A stretch of 12,624 nucleotides of DNA, taken from the NCBI RefSeq assembly GCF_006345805.1, contig NW_021826477.1, forward strand, positions 1 through 12,624, written 5' to 3'. Source of the stretch: Octopus sinensis (lineage: Eukaryota). Each line of letters starts with the position of its first letter. The stretch's first letter is position 1. The translations under genes and the position numbers were made by a program. Under the pieces are notes generated by a model. The model saw nothing but the letters and a program-made list of their open reading frames with translations, was not told the origin of the DNA and searched no databases. This document shows positions 8,919-12,624 of this stretch, one piece after another.

Positions 8919-9172
8919 TGTGTGCGTGTACGTGTGTGTTTATGCACGTGTGTGGATATAATTTAGTCGCTTTTGATTGACAATCGGAGCTGGTGTGGTT
9001 ACGTCCGTGTAACATGGCGGTTCGGTCAAAGAGAGACCGATAGAATAAGTACCAGGCTTAGAAACAGATAATACGCACTGGAGTTGATTCGTTCGACTAA
9101 AAACAAATTCTCCAATGCGTTGCCACCGCAAAGCCGCAGTGTAATGACTGAAACAAGTAAAAGATAAAAGAT
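8919..9172 (+). mobile_element. Diverged 3' half of a second SINE family B copy
   Basis: Repeats the 3' half of 8511-8918: TTGACAA..GCTGGTG..GCGGTTCGG..CCGATAGAATAAGTAC.AGGCTTA..TCGACTAAA..GCCGCAGT..AATGACTGAAACAAGTAAAAGA. Confidence 0.85.
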
Positions 9173-9214
9173 AACTGTAAACGTAGAACTACGACAGACA
9201 GACAACGACGACGC

Positions 9215-9254
<40 letters not shown>

Positions 9255-9410
9255 GGGAGAATTCACAAGAAAACAAAAGACGAAGATAGGTGGTGTAGAC
9301 AATGTATTAGTTTAACAATCAGGAAGTGAAAAAGCCTTAAACGTTCCGAGCCTACGCTCTTCCACAGAAAGGAACACAGAAAGAAACGAGAGAAATTAAA
9401 GAAAGTAATG
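9255..9410 (-). mobile_element. Probable Penelope-like element (PLE) terminal-repeat remnant or non-autonomous derivative containing a degenerate minimal hammerhead motif
   Basis: Minus strand 9372-9335 reads CCTTT CTGTGGA A GAGC-GTAG-GCTC GGAA C GTT TAAGG, comparable to the PLE motif CTGANGAA-stem-loop-GAAACGT. The segment is bounded by (TA)n and (CA)n/(TA)n. Confidence 0.6.
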
Positions 9411-9411
9411 A

Positions 9412-9443
9412 ATATATAAAAATACACACACACACACACACAT

Positions 9444-9508
<65 letters not shown>

Positions 9509-9540
9509 CATACATACATTTACATATATACATACATAGG

Positions 9541-9584
<44 letters not shown>

Positions 9585-9753
9585 CACACATATATATACG
9601 TATATAGATAATAGATAGATATATGAAAAAGAAATGAGCAGAAAAAGACAAGAGGGACAATGTTTTAACAGATGTATTCGAGTAATTAGTTTAATACATA
9701 AAAAACGCAAATAAAGATATTTCGTACTACACACAAACACACACGCACGCACA

Positions 9754-9821
<68 letters not shown>
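9412..9821. repeat. (CA)n and (TA)n microsatellites with a short unique spacer
   Basis: Directly visible. Confidence 0.9.
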
Positions 9822-9824
<3 letters not shown>

Positions 9825-10129
9825 CTCTTACATTTTAGCCATGCGATTGTGGTCATACTGAAATAATATATGCGTATGTAGTAACATATGTGTATGTACG
9901 TATGTGTGTGTTGTATGTATCCATGTATGCATACACAATATTCACATTTACTTTCCGGCTTCCCTATTTCTCCGACCCCATCACCACAACCACATCCCAC
10001 GCCAGAAGAACGTTATCGGTATCAACATAATCGCAAAAAAATTCAAAGTTACTATACAACCAATAATTTTCTGTTACATCACAAACAACCGCATAAACTA
10101 ACAAACACCAACCCAGCCCAGTTATCATC

Positions 10130-10525
10130 ACCTCTGACACTATCACCAGCACCAATAACGGTATCTTCCACATCAATATCTGCCTTTTTCTTCTCATCAT
10201 CATTATTATCATCATTGTTACTATCATAACCACGACCACCACCACCAACACCATCACTGATAATACTGTCCTCAACATCAATAACTCGTCCCTTTTTCTT
10301 ATTATCATGGCCATCGCCATAACCACTATACCCATCTTCGCTACCACCATCATCATCTTCATTATTACCGGTATGTTCATATCACTATGGTTACATCAAC
10401 AGTGGCATCAACCGCAGTAATTTAGCCACCGTCATTAGTGTCTTTTTCAATGTGATCACTTTCGTTACATCATCATCATCATCATCATCATCAACACCAC
10501 CATCATCCAACAGCCAAACCATCAT
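10130..10525. repeat. Old degenerate (CAT)n/(CAC)n trinucleotide tract
   Basis: Three-base periodicity of CAT/CAC/TAT/CAA, with pure (CAT)n at about 10468-10493. Confidence 0.8.
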
Positions 10526-10805
10526 CTCTGTATATACCTAATCGAGAGGTCATTCACCATTCTCTTATTACGTAAGGGAAATATTCTTTCACTTCAGATT
10601 TGTTTACAGTTATATGTTTAATACAAATATTGTGGCACTTCATTTTCTGCTTTTACTTTTTATTTCTGCATCTTCTCTCTCTCACTCTCAGCATTATTTT
10701 CTCCTCTACCACTACTAATCCATTCCCCCATTCCCGTTATCTCTTTCTCTCCCTCTCCCCATTTCTTTTCAAATCTGGTCAATATGAATTCAATAAACAA
10801 TTTGT

Positions 10806-11014
10806 CATATACATACATATATACATACATACATACATACATACATAATACATACATACAACATATATAATTAATATATATAATATATAATATATATATA
10901 TATTATACATACATATATATATATATATATACACACATATATATATATATATATATAATATATACATATATATGCTTGTGTACATGCGTGCATACACACA
11001 CAGACATACACCCA

Positions 11015-11045
<31 letters not shown>

Positions 11046-11085
11046 ATAATATATATATATATATAATATATATATATATTATACA
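10806..11085. repeat. (TACA)n/(TA)n/(CT)n microsatellite field
   Basis: Directly visible. Confidence 0.92.
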
Positions 11086-11350
11086 TACGGAGAGAGACAG
11101 AATGAGTGAGTGATAGATATATAGATAGATATAAAGTGAAATGTTTTGGTTGGTGAAGGAAAAAAATAACGGAGGCAGGACTGTATTTTTTGCTTCTATT
11201 GATTTCTAATCTGTGAAATGGCGCCAACCCGACCGGGATTATGAAGCAGTATTTGTCAAAAACAATGTAATGATGTCGACGATAATGAGGATGATGATGC
11301 TTATGGCGAAGAGCCCGATGGCAAGTAATGACGACGATAGCACAACAAAA

Positions 11351-11527
11351 ACTACTACTACTACTACTACTACTACTACAACTACTACTATAACCAACAA
11401 CAACAACAACTGCTGCTGCTACTACTACTACTACTACAACTAATACTACTGATGCTGGTACTACTACTGCTGCTGCTACTACTACTACCACTACCATGCA
11501 TAATAATAATAATAATAATAAAATAAA

Positions 11528-11617
<90 letters not shown>
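11351..11617. repeat. Compound (CTA)n/(CAA)n/(CTG)n/(TAA)n microsatellite
   Basis: Directly visible. Confidence 0.95.
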
Positions 11618-11619
<2 letters not shown>

Positions 11620-11922
11620 AATCCTTTGAAATTTGAAATAGGAAGAATTTGGAGCATGAGAACAGCAAGGGTCGTGCCTACAAAAACTGATGCGTTGGGA
11701 AACAGTAAGTAAAAATATAGAGAAATAGCTGGGGGAGATTGAAATAGAATGCCCAATAGAGCTCCTACAGAAAGTTTAACTCTAAGGGACTGCAAAGATT
11801 ATCAGGATGGTTCTAAGCACTTGAAAGACTATTGAAAACATGTGGATACCTAAAGTTACAGGTAGTACCCCACTACTTACAAAATCCCTACCGGGAATTA
11901 GACCGAACCCGAGCCTGAACAA
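11617..11922 (+). mobile_element. Second, distinct and more decayed R4/Dong LINE 3' end in (TAA)n
   Basis: YNPLKFEIGRIWSMRTARVVPTKTDALG, then a frameshift, then TVSKNIEK*LGEIEIECPIELLQKV*L*GTAKIIRMVLST* (stop 11822-11824). About 100 bp of 3' UTR follows and ends in AATAATAATA. It carries the same C-terminal motif as 5221-5375. Confidence 0.85.
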
Positions 11923-11932
11923 AATAATAATA

Positions 11933-11998
11933 GTTTCTGCTCGAGGCACAAAGCTTGGAAGTTTGAGGGACGGGGCTATTCCATTACAACGACTCCAA
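11933..11998 (-). mobile_element. Short 3'-end fragment of SINE family A
   Basis: TTTCTGCTCGAGGCACAAAGCTTGGAAGTTTGAGGG..GGGGCTATTCCATTACAACGACTCCAA aligns with the tail of 4921-5130 (TTTCTACTGAAGGCACAAGGCCTGAAATTTGGTGGG..ACTAGTCAATTACATTGACCCAA). Confidence 0.7.
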
Positions 11999-12050
11999 AT
12001 AATAATAATAATAATAATATAATAATAATAATAATAATATAATAATAATA

Positions 12051-12105
<55 letters not shown>

Positions 12106-12120
12106 TGATGAATGATAATG

Positions 12121-12193
<73 letters not shown>

Positions 12194-12195
<2 letters not shown>

Positions 12196-12281
12196 TGAAC
12201 TTCCAGCCCTGTTGTCTCTTGAGGTCTCTGGGTGAGACTTGGTGCCAACTTGTACAAATATAAAGCAAAAGTCAAACATAG
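12194..12281 (+). mobile_element. Probable very short 3'-UTR-only insertion of a third R4/Dong-like LINE within (TAA)n
   Basis: An 88-bp unique segment with pure (TAA)n on both sides. It contains the AGG-stem-loop-CT-YGG motif (GAGGTCTC-TGGGT-GAGACTTGG) also seen in the 3' UTR at 5412-5434, and ends ..GAATAATAAT like 5221-5473. No coding sequence remains, so the assignment is inferential. Confidence 0.6.
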
Positions 12282-12294
12282 AATAATAATAATA

Positions 12295-12345
<51 letters not shown>

Positions 12346-12347
<2 letters not shown>

Positions 12348-12555
12348 CCTTTCTACGGAATGCTCAAGACCTGAAATTTGGTGGGAGGGAACTAGTCAAT
12401 TACATTGACCCCAGTGATTTCACTGGTATTAAATTTACTGATTCTGAAACGATAAAAAGCCAAGCCGACTTGTTGGAAATTTCAGCTCAGAACGCAAAGA
12501 CGGACGAAATGCCGCTAAGCATTCTCCACGGCGCGGTAACGATTCTGACATAGCA
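12346..12555 (-). mobile_element. SINE family A copy closely related to 4921-5130, embedded in (TAA)n
   Basis: ATCCTTTCTAC...CCTGAAATTTGGTGGGAG.GAACTAGTCAATTACATTGACCC...CAGAACGCAAAGACGGACGAAATGCCGCTAA.CATTCTCCAC...GCGGTAACGATTCTGACA.AGCAAT is shared with 4921-5130. Confidence 0.88.
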
Positions 12556-12558
12556 ATG

Positions 12559-12601
<43 letters not shown>

Positions 12602-12624
12602 CAACAACAATGATAAAACGTTAT

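Noticed and set aside
9888-12279. ORFs with poly-I/Y/V/S/T/M runs
   Set aside because: They are products of trinucleotide repeats and antisense Dong fragments.
11500-12612. Unique segments alternating with repeats, superficially like a CRISPR array
   Set aside because: The repeats are variable-length (TAA)n and the 'spacers' are retroelement fragments. The context is eukaryotic and no cas genes are present.

Overview
This is eukaryotic, non-coding, AT-rich DNA with very high microsatellite density. The SINE families and repeat landscape look like an Octopus (cephalopod) genome, which is my recognition and not a database result. No intact host protein-coding gene is visible. Most ORFs in the track are microsatellite or SINE artefacts, and the rest are pieces of decayed transposons. 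From left to right the window holds: (1) a dead mariner transposase, interrupted by a tRNA-derived SINE with a doubled body and a 17-bp TSD, and by a complete non-autonomous Helitron; (2) a ~300-bp unique, CpG-richer island with hairpins and YY1-like motifs; (3) a (TAA)n 'landing field' with further SINE copies and R4/Dong-clade LINE fragments, including a 1.5-kb degenerate RT region; (4) an RTE-clade LINE 3' end inside (TA)n; (5) a cluster of UGCAUG/CUAAC motifs beside a possible microexon; (6) a second SINE family with a duplicated 3' half; (7) a Penelope-like remnant carrying a degenerate minimal hammerhead ribozyme; (8) a second (TAA)n field with more Dong 3' ends and SINE copies.
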